Position numbers and translations under genes: made by a program. A stretch of DNA of 64,000 nucleotides from Dipteris shenzhenensis (lineage: Eukaryota): NCBI GenBank assembly GCA_047967505.1, contig CM106538.1; one strand, given 5' to 3'. The notes below the pieces were generated by a model that saw only the letters and a list, made by a program, of their open reading frames with translations, was not told where the DNA came from and made no database searches. Of this stretch, positions 11,795 through 23,100 are shown piece by piece (the stretch's first letter is position 1; the number at the start of each line of letters is the position of its first letter).

Positions 11795-14700
11795 ATGGCA
11801 TCCTCTTCCATGTCTGAAAAGGAGTTTTTCAACATTAAAAAGTTTGATGGGACAAACTTTTCTTTGTGGAAAGAACAAATAAGGGATGTGCTTATTCAAA
11901 AGAAGCAGATTAAACCCTTGGCAGGTATTGAAGCTAAGCCTGCGGATATGTCTGAGGATGATTGGAATGAGTTGGATGCATTAGCAAAGTCTACTATTAG
12001 ACTTCATTTTGCAGAGTCAGTTTATTTCACAGTAGTAAATGAGCAGACTACGGAAGATTTGTGGAAGAAACTGTGTGCCACTTATGAGAAGGAAACTGCC
12101 TCTAATAAAGTTTACCTCATGAAGAGGTTGTTTGAGTTGCAGATGAAGGAAGGGGTCTCCATTGCTTCTCACTTGAATGAATTCAATATTATTTTCAGCC
12201 AACTTCAGGCTCAAAAAATGAAATTTGATGCGGAGACTAAGGCAATATTTCTCTTATGTTCATTGCCATCCTCATGGGATACCTTCCATACAGCTGTCAG
12301 TAACTCTGCACCTGGTGGAGTACTGAAATTTGATGATGTTGTGGGTAGCTTGTTGGCCGAGGAGATTAGACGGAAGTCTATGGATGGCAACAAGTAGGAT
12401 GCAGCCTTAAATGTGCAAAGGGGCAGATCACAGTTCAGGGGGAAGTCCCAAGAAAGAGGGAAGTCTCGTAGTAAATCCAAGGCACGGAACATTGAGTGTT
12501 ACCATTGTGGCAAGAAGGGCCATATGAAAAAGGATTGCTACAAGCTGAAAAGAGAGCAAATTGATAAGAAAAAGAATGCAAATTGGGGTGCAAATCAAAA
12601 GGAAGAGAGTCCAAGGGAGGACAAAGGAAAAGTGAAGATCGAGGAGATCAATGCAGTCACACGTGATAGTGACAATGATGTTCTCTTCATGTCTAGTTTA
12701 TCTGCAGAGTTGCTTACCACTTCAGATGATGTATATTCCTAGGATTGGACTTTGGATTCTGGTGCTTCATTCCATGTTACTCCCCATAGGGAATGGTTCT
12801 CCACTTATGACAGTGGAAAGACAGGTTGTGTGCATCTTGGAAATGACTATGCATGTGACATAGTGGGAGTAGGTGACATAAAGTTTTCTTTTGCAAATGG
12901 GTCTGCATTTGTTTTGAAACATGTGAGACATGTGCCTAAGTTGACCAAGAGTCTTATTTCAGTGGGTCAGCTAGATGATGCTGGTTTTCACACCACTTTT
13001 AGCTTTCAGAGTTGGAAAATTCAAAAGGGCTCTATGCTTTTGGCCAGGGGTGCCAAGTGTGGGACTTTGTATCCCTTACATGTATCAGGGGTATTTGATC
13101 ATGTTGTTGCAATAACCGAGCAGCCAAGCACTTCTTTGTGGCATTGCAGGTTGGGGCACATGAGCCAGAATGGAATGAAACTCTTGTGCCGTTTGGGTTA
13201 TGTACCGCATTTGAGTTTCTCTGATTTTGAATTTTGTGAACACTGTCTCTATGGGAAGCAGACTAAATCAGTCCATAAAAGAAGGGGAAAGAAAGAGTTT
13301 GAAATGCTTGATTTGGTGCATTTAGACGTATGTGGTCCCATGCCTACACGGTCATTAGGCAGGGCTGAATACTATGTGACATTCATTGATGATGCAACTA
13401 GGAAAGTGTGGGCTTATGCTATAGCTCGGAAGAGTGATGTGTTCCAGGTATTTCAGAAATGGCTGGCCTTGGTTGAGAATCAGTCAGGTAGAACGCTTAA
13501 ATGCCTATGGACTGACAATGGTGGAGAGTATCTCTCTCATGACTTTCAGCATTTCTGTGATACTCGTGGGATTAAGAGGGAGCTTACATCCCCTCATACT
13601 CCAGAGCAAAATCCAGTTACAGAAAAGATGAACCGTACCATTCAAGAAAGGTTGCAATGCATGCTTTCCAATGTAAGTCTTTCTGGTGGTTTTTGGGCTG
13701 AGGCAATGAAGACTGCAGTGCATGTGATCAATAGATCACCTAGTAAGAGTTTGGATGGTGGTATTCCTAAAGAGGCATGGAGTGGAAAGAAGCCCTCTTA
13801 CTCTCATTTGCGTATATTTGGGTGTGAGGCATATGCACATGTGCCAAAAGAGCTTCGAAAGAAGCTAGATCCTAAGTCTAGGAAATGCATCTTTCTAGGT
13901 TATGGTGAAAGTGGAGAGATGGGGTATCGTCTCTGGGATCCAGAAGCAAAGAAGATCATACGCAACCATGATGTGGTCTTCAATGAGAAGAAGATGCATA
14001 AGGCACCCATGAGGGATGTGGAAATGAGGAGAATCACTTTCCAGGATGTGAATCCACCTGCATATGTTGATAGACAGCAAGCTGTCCATGCACCAAATGT
14101 GCAAGAAATGGTACCACCAGGTACTCCCACAGGTATACAATCAAGGGTAGATGATGGATCATCTATTGGTGGAAATGATGAGCCAAATGTGGCTGATATG
14201 CAAGTGGGACAGCAAGCTGAAATGCCCTTGAGAAGATCATCTAGAGTGTCTAGACCGCCTGATAGGTTTGTTCCAGGGGTAGACTATGTGATGCTTACTG
14301 ATTGCGGGGAGCCTTCTTGCTACAGAGAGGCTATGATGCGTGAGGATCAATGCAAGTGGGAGTATGCTATGCAATCAGAGATGAGTTCACTTATGAAGAA
14401 TAAGACTTGGGACTTGGTTTCTTTGCCACATGGAAAGAAAGCATTGCCATGTAAATGGGTCTACAAAATGAAGGTCACAGGTGATGATGTGCCTAGGTAC
14501 AAGGCCCGTTTGGTTGCTAAAGGGTTCAAGCAAGAGAAGGGTGTGGACTTTGATGAGATATTCTCTCCGGTTGTGAAGATGACCACACTTAGATGCATCC
14601 TTGGACTAGTGGTAATAGAGGATATGGAGCTTATGCAAATGGATGTCAAGACAGCTTTCTTGCATGGGGATTTGCATGAGGAAATTTACTTGGTGCAGCC

Positions 14701-15328
14701 GGAAGGCTTTGAAGAAAAGGGCAAAGAGCATTTAGTTTGCAAGCTGAAGAAGAGTCTCTATGGTCTTAAGCAAGCGCCTAGAAAATGGTATCAGAAGTTT
14801 GATGCTTTCATTCGGTCCCAGGGTTTCAGAAGGAGTGAAATTGATCACTGCCTCTACACTAAAAGGGCTAAGGATAATAGCCTGATAATCTTGGCACTAT
14901 ATGTGGATGATATGCTATTGGCTAGCAAGAATACTTATGAGCTAGATGCTTTAAAGGCCAAGTTGCATGAGGCCTTTGATATGAAGGATTTGGGACTTGC
15001 AGGTCATATTCTTGGTATGCGCATCACACGTGATCGGAGTAGGAAACTCCTTTGGCTTTCACAAAAAGAGTATGTTGCAAAAGTATTACAACGTTTCAAT
15101 ATGGAGGGGGGGAAGGCAGTGAGTACTCCATTGCCTCCATATGTGAAACTGAGTCATACAGATAGTCCAAAATCAGATGAGGAAAGCGCCATGATGGCTA
15201 AGGTTCCTTATGCATCAGCAGTTGGGAGTCTTATGTATGCTATGATAGCTACTAGACCAGACATTGCATTTGCAGTGGGAGTTGTTAGCCGGTATATGGC
15301 TAATCCAGGAAAGAGGCATTGGGAGGCA
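11795..15328 (+). pseudogene. Copia A gag-pol, 5' part (gag, CCHC, PR, IN, RT) with two in-frame TAG stops
   Basis: ORFs 11771-12397, 12413-12742 and 12752-15334 share one frame; KFDGTNFSLW, CYHCGKKGHMKKDC, DSGAS, DVCGP, QMDVKTAFLHG, YVDD. Confidence 0.93.
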
Positions 15329-15585
15329 TGTTGAGAGTTCACGCTCAACATCATGTGATCATGTGTGCATAGCACCATCACGTGATCATATGTGCATAGC
15401 ACTAACCTTATAGAGTGCTATAAAGGAAAGGGTTAGATCCCCTAACCCTAACCCTAAAAGGGTTTGTATATATTCTATTTTTTCAACTAATTCTAGTGTA
15501 CAGTTAGTCATTTGTGGTGTGCTCTCTAGCTGTGCCCTCTCTCCTCATCTCCACTCTTCTCCTCTCCCCTCTTCATATTTCGTCA
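15329..15585 (+). repeat. 5' LTR of copia B
   Basis: Direct repeat of 21015-21271; contains a 27-bp tandem duplication and (CCCTAA)3. Confidence 0.95.
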
Positions 15586-15589
15586 TCTG

Positions 15590-15740
15590 GCCACGTCAGC
15601 AGGCCACGTCATCTGCCACGTCATCTGGCCACGTCATCAGGCCACGTCATCTGCCACGTCATTTGGCCACGTCATCTGCCACGTCATCTGCCACGTCACT
15701 TGTGCCACGTCATCTGTGCCACGTCATCATTGCCACGTCA
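15590..15740 (+). repeat. Array of 12 GCCACGTCA motifs (12-14 bp period) directly after the 5' LTR of B
   Basis: Copies start at 15590, 15603, 15615, 15628, 15641, 15653, 15666, 15678, 15690, 15704, 15718, 15732; degenerate copies continue to ~15940. Confidence 0.95.
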
Positions 15741-16669
15741 TCATTGCTGACATCATCAGTGCCACCTCAGCAGTCCAGTCAGCACTGAACCCTGCAGGCA
15801 CAGTCCCTTGCCAGGCACACTGTGCACACACAGCATGTGCACACTTCTGCCACCTCAGCACAGAGCTTCACTGGCACACCTCTTGCTAAGCACAGTGCCA
15901 CATCAGCACTGCATGTGACTCACAGTGACACATCATCATTGAGCACCATTTGCACTCCTTTTGCCCCTCCACCTAGATCAAGTCATATCTCTTGATCCAG
16001 GAAGAATTTGAGGGTGCTCCAAAAAGGAAAGTCGCTCGATTTTTCGTGCTCTACGCGCTCGTTACATCACGCGCACATTTCGGCGCAAGTTACACTCACA
16101 TTTGAGCCTCGCCGACAACACCACTTCCTTCACGCACATTTGCCTCTACATCGACGCATCTGACCCAGCACTTAAAAAGAACAAAGGAAAAGGAATTATT
16201 TGCTGCTCTTTCATCGATCGACGGTTGGTTTAGATCTAGATCAGAGTAGACTAGATCGCCATAGAGGGGACGCTTTGAATTCCCCAAGTTGCCAATCTAA
16301 GCCATGCCCGAAATTCCCGACTAGTACCTACTCGGAGTCAGTCCATACGCTCACATCCGATTTCACATCATTACATTACCTGAAACCATACGTTCATCAG
16401 TTCAGTGAGCAGACTTCAGAGTTCAGAGGCATTGCAGATTGATTCAGTGGGCAGATAGCACTTGATTTCACACACACATGCCACCATTGTAAAGCCTCTT
16501 GGCTATTCCCGGCATCATTGCCACAAGCCTTGTAACACAGATCAGATTTTGTATACTGCAGTTCTATCTTCACCGACGGTACAGAGATTTCACTTGGCAT
16601 CTTCAGTGTATTTGCAGTTGATTCATACAGAGTTTTCCAGGACACCTTTTTGAGTACATTGTTTGCACC

Positions 16670-19600
16670 ATGTCGACTAGCAACCTCAATCTGGAGGCAT
16701 CTGCTAAGTTAGACAACTCCAATTACGGTACATGGAAATACCGAATGGAGACCATTCTTGTGCTTCAGGACAAATGGGAGTATGTCGATGGATCCATACC
16801 TAGACCATTGGCCGATCCAGCCACCAGTAGCTCTACTCCATCTGTTGTCACAGCACCAGCAACGGGATCTACATCGGGATCTACATCTACACAAACAGTT
16901 TCCGCACCAGTAGCAGATCCTGCCATTGCCCGAGCTCAAGCAGAATGGGATAAGAAAGACAAGTATGCCTATCACCTGATCAAGCAGAATGTGCAAGATG
17001 TCATGCTAGCACAGCTCAACACAGTCAAGACATCAAAAGAAGCATGGGATATGTTCGCAGCTCTCTACGAGTCCAAGAACACATCCAGGATTCTCACCTT
17101 GAGAAACCAGATCAACCAGAGTTTCCGCAATAGCAATGAAACTGGTCATGCTTATGTACTCCGCATCAAAGACTACAACAATCAACTTGCAGCAGCAGGA
17201 GAGACTATGAATCCCGCAGAAATGGTTCAAGTAATCCTGAATGGACTAGGAGAAGGATATGAGAATCTGGTCCAGAGTATTGCCATCCAACGGCAAATTC
17301 CAACACTTGAAGAACTTCAGTCAGTTCTACTTGGTGAAGAACTCAGGACTCAGGCCATTCAAGCACGTAAAGGTCATTCTAATGATCAGGCATTCACAGC
17401 TTCAGACAGAAGCAGAGGCAAAGGCAGAAACAGAGGTAGATCATATCAGAAAAGTGGTCAAAATCAAAGTCAGAATCAGCATCAGCATCAGCAGCATCCT
17501 CAGCAACATCAAAATCAGCAAAGAGGAAATCATTCCAACCGAGGAAGATTCCAAGGACGAGGGAATGCAACCACCAATGTGTCAAACATTCAATGCAACT
17601 ATTGTCACAAGTTTGGACACTATGAAAGAGATTGCCGCAAGAAGCAGTATGACCAAGGCGGTCAATCCAGCAGTAATCGAGGGAATTCTCGAGGAAGAGG
17701 AAATCATCGTGGTGGACATTCTAGTCACAGTCATTTTGCAAATGAACATGGGAATATGTTTCTTGCAAGTGAGGAATTGCATCAGACTGATACAATGCAC
17801 CAAGACACTGATTTCAATACCAAAGAGGATTTCAGCTATCAAGTCGACCAAGTGGAACAGGATCCTTGGTACATCGACAGCGGTGCATCATCTCATATGA
17901 CAAATCATCAGGAATGGTTCACAGAAATGAAGCCATTAGAAGGTCAAAAGAATGTCATCTATACAGCAGACAATACACCGAATCCGGTTCAAGGGACAGG
18001 TGTTATCCCTATGAATAATTTCACTGGTACAAAAGGATTAGTCAAAGATGTGCTCTATGTTCCGAAGCTCAGCAAGAACCTTTTGTCAGTAGGTCAAATG
18101 ACGGAACACAACTACAAAGTCATCTTCGACGGTGATGAATGCACTATCAGAGACAAATCCAAAAGAGGTCAGCTAGTAGCAAAAGGTGTCAAGGAAGGAC
18201 GCTTGTACAGGATGCTAGCTACAGTACCAGATAAGCATGCCATGTCAGCTCAAATGCAACAGATGCCACTATCTGCAAAATGGCACAAGAGATATGGTCA
18301 TGTCAACTTCAAGTACTTGTTAGATCTAAGGAATCAAAATATGGCAATTGGGATTCCGAAGCTACAGTTTCTTGGAAAAGTTTGTGAAGCATGCTGCTTC
18401 GGCAAACAAAAGCGAACCAACTTTGTCAGAAGTACCTCTCGTGCACGAGGTATTCTTGATTTGATTCATACAGATGTATGGGGTTATGCCCAGACCCGCA
18501 GCATCAATGGTTCACTTTATTACTTGACCTTCATCGACGACTACAGCAGATATTGTTGGGTCTACTTTCTGAAAGAGAAATCTGAAGTGTTTGCCAGATT
18601 TCAAGAATTTAAAGCCATGGTAGAGAACCAAACAGGCAGAAAGATCAAGGTCATGAGATCAGACAGAGGAGGTGAATACATGTCTTCAGCCTTCATGAAC
18701 TTTTGCAAAACTCACGGCATTCGAAGACAATTCACATGTGCAGATACTCCTCAGCAAAATGCAATAGCTAAAAGGAAGAATGGGACTTTAGCAGACAGTG
18801 CTAGAGCAATGCTTAGTGAAAAGCATCTTCCGAATCAGTATTGGGCAGAAGCAATAGCTACAGCTAACTACTTGCTTAATCGGCTTCCTACCGAACCGAT
18901 ACAAGGAATGACTCCTTATGAAGCATTCACTGGACACAAGCCACGCATTGGGCATCTCCGCATATTTGGTTGCATAGCATATGCCCACATACATGATGAT
19001 CATCGCAGGAAATTGGATGCGAAGTCACGCAAATGCATCATGGTTGGCTACAGTGACGAGAGTAAAGCATACAAATTGTATGATCCCATCAACCGCAAAG
19101 TCATTATCTCCAGAGATGTAATCTTCGATGAGGAATCAGAATGGAAAACCTCACCTACACAGGAGATAGAAGCATCGACTTCACAGTCCTCTTCAGAACA
19201 GGTTGATGAAGAAGAGCAAGAATTGCCAGCAACACCCCAATCAGCGTCACAGCAGCTCAGACGGTCTACTAGGGAAAGCAGACCACCAGCCAGATTGACA
19301 TATGCTCAGAAAGGCAAAGCAATTCAGGTGGAAACCACCAACTATGCTCTTATGACTACCATCATGGCTACAGAAGAGCCAGTGTACTTCGAAGACGCAG
19401 TAGATAAGCCAGAATGGCAAACTGCAATGAATGAAGAAATGGATGCTTTGTATAAAAATAACACTTGGGTATTATGCGACCTTCCACCAGGAAAGAAGGC
19501 CATAGCCAACAAATGGGTATACAAAGTGAAGTACAATCCAGATGGCAGTATTCAAAGATACAAAGCCAGATTAGTTGCAAAAGGATTTGCACAACAATAT

Positions 19601-20926
19601 GGTCAAGATTATGATGAGACTTATGCTCCAGTAGCAAAGATGGATTCCATACGGTTCTTGATATCACTAGCGACACTCAGTAAGTGGAATGTGTATCAGC
19701 TCGATGTCAAGAATGCATTTCTCAATGGTTATCTAGACGAGGAAGTCTACATGCAACAACCAGCCGGTTATGTTGAACCAGGACAGGAGAACAAGGTTTG
19801 CCATCTCAAGAAAAGTCTCTATGGCTTAAAGCAAGCACCCAGAAGTTGGTACAGCAGAATTGACAAGTATTTTGCTGGTCTGGGATACATGAAGTCCAAT
19901 GCAGATCATACTCTCTACTACAAAGTTCAAGGGGAAGATATCACTATTGCACTTTTGTACGTAGATGATCTGATTGTGACAGGAAGCAAGGATCGCTTCA
20001 TCAGAAAGCTCAAACAAGACTTATCTGCAGAGTTCGACATGAAAGATCTTGGACTTATGCACTATTGTCTTGGAATTGAGTTCTGGAGAGATTCAGATAG
20101 CACATTCATGAGTCAGCTCAAGTATGTTGATAGTCTCCTGAAGAAGTTTCATATGGCAGATTGCAAGATTGCAGCCACTCCCATGGAACAGAGTTTGAAA
20201 CTTACTAAAGATTCAGAAAAGCCTACAGTCAATGACAGATACTACAGGCAACTCATTGGATCTCTTATATATCTGACAATCACACGGCCAGATATTTGTT
20301 ATGCAGTAAGCTCACTAGCACAATTTATGGCAAATCCAAAACAGTCTCACTGGAATGCAGCCAAAAGAGTCTTGAGATACATCAGAGGTACAAGACAATT
20401 TGGGATAGAATACAGGGGAAGTCATCCACGGTTGCATGGATACTGTGACAATGACTATGCTGGAGATCATGAGACCAGGAGATCGACACAGGGATATGCA
20501 TTTTTCCTTGGTCAAGGTGCTATATCATGGTTGTCAAACAAACAGCCAACTGTTTCTTTGTCTTCGACTGAAGCAGAATATAGAGCACTCACTACAGGTG
20601 CATGTGAGGCTATATGGCTCAGAAGACTATTGTCAGAAACAGATTACTTTGATGAGTCAAAGCCAACAACAATATACTGTGATAATCAATCGGCTCAAGC
20701 ATTAGCCAAAAATCCAGTATATCACTCCAGAACAAAGCACATTGATGTCAGAGAGCACTTCATCAGAGAAAGAGTGTTACTTGGTGACATCACACTGCAG
20801 CATTGTGATAGCAAAGAAAATGTTGCAGACATCTTTACCAAACCACTCGGTAAAGAGCTATTCGAGAAACACCGACTAGCTCTTGGTTTGATGCAGAGGA
20901 AGGACATTCCCATTAAAGGGGTGTGA
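16670..20926 (+). CDS. Copia B Gag-Pol polyprotein, 1418 aa, uninterrupted
   Basis: CNYCHKFGHYERDC, WYIDSGASSH, HKRYGH..CEAC, HTDVWG/RSDRGGEY, QLDVKNAFLNG, YVDD, SSTEAEY, ADIFTK. Confidence 0.97.
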   Translation: MSTSNLNLEASAKLDNSNYGTWKYRMETILVLQDKWEYVDGSIPRPLADPATSSSTPSVVTAPATGSTSGSTSTQTVSAPVADPAIARAQAEWDKKDKYAYHLIKQNVQDVMLAQLNTVKTSKEAWDMFAALYESKNTSRILTLRNQINQSFRNSNETGHAYVLRIKDYNNQLAAAGETMNPAEMVQVILNGLGEGYENLVQSIAIQRQIPTLEELQSVLLGEELRTQAIQARKGHSNDQAFTASDRSRGKGRNRGRSYQKSGQNQSQNQHQHQQHPQQHQNQQRGNHSNRGRFQGRGNATTNVSNIQCNYCHKFGHYERDCRKKQYDQGGQSSSNRGNSRGRGNHRGGHSSHSHFANEHGNMFLASEELHQTDTMHQDTDFNTKEDFSYQVDQVEQDPWYIDSGASSHMTNHQEWFTEMKPLEGQKNVIYTADNTPNPVQGTGVIPMNNFTGTKGLVKDVLYVPKLSKNLLSVGQMTEHNYKVIFDGDECTIRDKSKRGQLVAKGVKEGRLYRMLATVPDKHAMSAQMQQMPLSAKWHKRYGHVNFKYLLDLRNQNMAIGIPKLQFLGKVCEACCFGKQKRTNFVRSTSRARGILDLIHTDVWGYAQTRSINGSLYYLTFIDDYSRYCWVYFLKEKSEVFARFQEFKAMVENQTGRKIKVMRSDRGGEYMSSAFMNFCKTHGIRRQFTCADTPQQNAIAKRKNGTLADSARAMLSEKHLPNQYWAEAIATANYLLNRLPTEPIQGMTPYEAFTGHKPRIGHLRIFGCIAYAHIHDDHRRKLDAKSRKCIMVGYSDESKAYKLYDPINRKVIISRDVIFDEESEWKTSPTQEIEASTSQSSSEQVDEEEQELPATPQSASQQLRRSTRESRPPARLTYAQKGKAIQVETTNYALMTTIMATEEPVYFEDAVDKPEWQTAMNEEMDALYKNNTWVLCDLPPGKKAIANKWVYKVKYNPDGSIQRYKARLVAKGFAQQYGQDYDETYAPVAKMDSIRFLISLATLSKWNVYQLDVKNAFLNGYLDEEVYMQQPAGYVEPGQENKVCHLKKSLYGLKQAPRSWYSRIDKYFAGLGYMKSNADHTLYYKVQGEDITIALLYVDDLIVTGSKDRFIRKLKQDLSAEFDMKDLGLMHYCLGIEFWRDSDSTFMSQLKYVDSLLKKFHMADCKIAATPMEQSLKLTKDSEKPTVNDRYYRQLIGSLIYLTITRPDICYAVSSLAQFMANPKQSHWNAAKRVLRYIRGTRQFGIEYRGSHPRLHGYCDNDYAGDHETRRSTQGYAFFLGQGAISWLSNKQPTVSLSSTEAEYRALTTGACEAIWLRRLLSETDYFDESKPTTIYCDNQSAQALAKNPVYHSRTKHIDVREHFIRERVLLGDITLQHCDSKENVADIFTKPLGKELFEKHRLALGLMQRKDIPIKGV

Positions 20927-21014
20927 TGGAATGTAATGCTCAGTCCTTCTTCGATTCCCCAGAATCATCATCTTGAGGGAAGGCCTACTTCATGATGTTG
21001 ATCTTGAGGGAAGG

Positions 21015-21271
21015 TGTTGAGAGTTCACACTCAACATCATGTGATCATGTGTGCATAGCACCATCACGTGATCATATGTGCATAGCACTAACCTTATAGA
21101 GTGCTATAAAGGAAAGGGTTAGATCCCCTAACCCTAACCCTAAAAGGGTTTGTATATATTCTATTTTTTCAACTAATTCTAGTGTACAGTTAGTCATTTG
21201 TGGTGTGCTCTCTAGCTGTGCCCTCTCTCCTCATCTCCACTCTTCTCCTCTCCCCTCTTCATATTTTGTCA
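21015..21271 (+). repeat. 3' LTR of copia B
   Basis: Follows PPT; matches 15329-15585. Confidence 0.95.
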
Positions 21272-21276
21272 AGGCA

Positions 21277-21810
21277 GTTAAGTGCATCATGAGAGGTACA
21301 TAAAGGGTACCAAGGAGATGTACATTTGCTTTGGTAAAGGAGACATGCATGTACTTGGGTACACAGATTCAGACTATGCAGGGCATGTGGATAGTAGGAG
21401 ATCCGCTTCTGGTTATGTGTTCACCTTTGCAGGTGGTGCAGTGTCGTGGATGTCTCGCGCACAGAAGTGCGTTGCTTTGTCTACCACAGAGGCTGAGTAT
21501 GTTTGCAGCCACAGAGGGTTGCAAGGAGGCTATATGGCTTGATCGGCTAGTGGGAGATTTGGGGATTCATACAGGTGTACCGACATTGCATAGTGATTCC
21601 ATGAGTGCTATTCAGCTAGCACGGAATCCGGTCTTTCATGCAAAGACCAAACACATTGAGGTTAGGTACCATTTCATCAGGGAGGTACTTGAGGACAAGC
21701 GCATAGAGCTTGTCAAGGTTCATACAGATGATAACCCTGCAGATATGCTGACGAGAGTCTACCTAGTCAGCGGTTTGAGTATTGTCGTGTATTGATGGGC
21801 ATTGGATAGT
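21277..21810 (+). pseudogene. Copia A RNase H (3' part of pol), frameshifted
   Basis: GYTDSDYAG, STTEAEY, HAKTKHIEVRYHFIRE and DNPADML spread over shifted frames. Confidence 0.92.
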
Positions 21811-21862
21811 ATGCTCACTGGTTGTTCTCCCTTAAAGGCACATTGTCCTTTAAGTGGGAGGT

Positions 21863-22031
21863 TGTGGGGTTAAAGGTCACTGTGCCTTAACCCCAGTTAT
21901 GTACAATACTCAAACACATATATAAATAAATGAAAAAGAAGATTAGGGTGGTTCTGCACCCACCAAACTTGTCTGGCTCTCTGTCTCTCTCTCTCCTTCT
22001 TCCGTTCTTGCTTCCGTTGAGAGCACTCTCA
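21863..22031 (+). repeat. 3' LTR of copia A
   Basis: Preceded by PPT AAGTGGGAGG; matches 10185-10353. Confidence 0.95.
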
Positions 22032-22036
22032 GGAAT

Positions 22037-23100
22037 TTCTTTGTGTTGTATATTATCTTATCAACAAGGAACCTATGGGTTATGATAAAGAATCTTTATA
22101 GAAATTATGGCTAGAAGACATGCATAAGAATATGATTCAATCACAAGAAACTCAATTGCCACAAAATGTAAGCGGATTTGTTGAGTCACATATGATGAAA
22201 ATGGTTCAATTGATACATAAAGGCTAACTCAGTACAAAAGTATATGGACAAAAACTGGGTTTTGATTGCTTTGAAACTTTTGCTCCACATACAAAGATGA
22301 ATTCAACTCAAATAGTTTTATCTTTCGTAGCCCATATAACCTTCAAATGGATGTTGAACTAGCTTTCTTACATGGTAGGACTAAATAAAAAGATTTTTTT
22401 GAACAATTTGAAGGTCTCCTTGTTCAAGAGAAAGAGAATTTTGTTTGTAAATTGAAGGACTTTTAGGGTTTAAAGCACACACCCATAGTTTGTTGTGTAG
22501 AAATCAACAACGAGCTTTTTTTTCACATGGTTTCAAGAGGGGTGAATTAGTTGCAACACATCATCTTCTTCAAAATCTAGCATGGTTATATGTGTCGATG
22601 ATTTGATCTTGATTGCGAATGGTGATCATTTCCTAGATATGGTAAAATATCAATTGAAACAGTAGCTTCAAATGATTGGTCGTGTCTTCTTTGTTACTAT
22701 CTTGGAATCCAAGCACTACAAAATGAATCAAAATCTTTATGTCTCAAGAAAAGTATGCAACAAACACCTTAAAATATTTCAAGATGGACAATTGCAATGC
22801 AATAAAATTCCTTGGTTCTAGGACAACAAACTTAATAACATGATAATTCTTCTTCAAATAATCTACTCTTTATAGACTCACAAATTGCCAGATTAATCTA
22901 CCTTTCAAGCACAAGGCCATAATGAACTTAGCAGGTTTCATTCAAAACCAAAAAGATTCATTGGAAGGAAATGAAAATAATTTTTAGATATCTCAAAGGT
23001 ATGTCGAAGTATGGAATTAAATATGAAGATATTCAACCAAACATTTGAAGATATGCAAATGTAGATTGGGCAAGATATGTGGATTTAATTTACATTTTTC
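22037..23100 (+). pseudogene. Ancient degenerate copia RT-RH remnant, the apparent target of A; its left part probably lies just before 10180
   Basis: Eroded motifs ETFAP (~22275), QMDV..AFLHG (~22345), YVDDL (~22590), Y.N.DWA (~23055); AT-rich with many stops. Confidence 0.75.

Larger units (their letters stand above)
15329..21271 (+). mobile_element. Ty1/copia LTR retrotransposon B, full length, nested in the RT/RH region of A
   Basis: 257-bp LTRs at 15329-15585 and 21015-21271 (2 mismatches seen); TSD AGGCA at 15324-15328 and 21272-21276; single open polyprotein; PPT GAGGGAAGG. Confidence 0.97.
10185..22031 (+). mobile_element. Ty1/copia LTR retrotransposon A (Tnt1/Tork-like), interrupted by element B
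   Basis: 169-bp TG..CA LTRs at 10185-10353 and 21863-22031 (1 mismatch seen); TSD GGAAT at 10180-10184 and 22032-22036; Met-tRNA PBS; PPT; gag-PR-IN-RT-RH order. Confidence 0.97.

Noticed and set aside
15440-15457. Interstitial telomere
   Set aside because: Only three CCCTAA units, present in both LTRs as part of the element.
15590-15740. CRISPR-like array, or coding ORFs 15514-15750 and 15519-15788
   Set aside because: Units are 12-14 bp with no unique spacers, inside a plant retrotransposon; the ORFs are translations of the repeat.
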